Shown here: piece after piece, positions 63,654-64,000 of the stretch
How positions within the stretch are numbered: the stretch's first letter is position 1
Layout of the letters: each line of letters starts with the position of its first letter
Source: Lobosporangium transversale
Taxonomy: Eukaryota
Length of the DNA: 64,000 nt
Reading direction: 5' to 3'
NCBI RefSeq assembly: GCF_002105155.1
Contig: NW_019028991.1
Span: 186,001 to 250,000, forward strand
The notes under the pieces: generated by a model
What the model was told of the DNA's origin: nothing
Databases searched by the model: none
What the model saw: the letters and a program-made list of their open reading frames with translations, nothing else
Position numbers and translations under genes: made by a program

Positions 63654-64000
63654 AAAGATGGCTTTTAATCTCATTTTCATCCCCTTTCCCCTTTCTCCCT
63701 TTGTAATAGATATAATAAATGCAAATGAGACATCTTTTTATATGATGCGTTTTGAGGGAGGAAGTTTTCTTTATGTACATTTTTTTTTCTTATCTATATT
63801 TTTACACAATGTTTTATGCTATGCTCTCGGGATCGCCCTTGGGTCACCTGTAATAGTTGAGCGTTTATGATGGTCCTTTCGACCAATTCTCTGTCTTTCA
63901 CCGCCATGGCCATTGGCACCAAAAAATCGCCCCTGGGCTTTATCCCGCGGCTTTGGCTGCTCAATATTATGAAGAGAACCTTCTCCCGTAGGAAAGGCTA

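Noticed and set aside
1..64000. tRNA, rRNA, CRISPR arrays or prokaryotic operons
   Set aside because: None recognised by eye; the sequence is spliceosomal-intron-containing eukaryotic DNA. A covariance-model scan was not possible.

Overview
Eukaryotic, intron-containing fungal DNA, AT-rich and full of long A/T homopolymers; the gene style suggests an early-diverging fungus such as Mortierellaceae (inference). Ordinary genes: a Yox1-like homeodomain factor, gamma-tubulin complex subunit GCP3/Spc98, a family III CoA-transferase, anthranilate synthase component I, ribosomal protein eL43, a TauD-type dioxygenase paired divergently with an ACS-family MFS transporter, and one orphan ORF. The main feature is an array of nine secreted AA11-like LPMO genes (signal peptide, His1, HGGGHCQ, RELY) between 16.9 and 57.4 kb. 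Six sit in a ~18 kb palindrome: two near-identical ~7.3 kb inverted arms around a ~0.4 kb spacer, flanked by an older, diverged inverted gene pair. Patchwork identity between paralogues suggests gene conversion. A TA-flanked Tc1/mariner-superfamily MITE, a decayed Tc1 transposase and a ~3.9 kb decayed Mutator-like element with TIRs are interspersed. Exon boundaries were read by eye from splice signals and frame continuity; no database searches were run.
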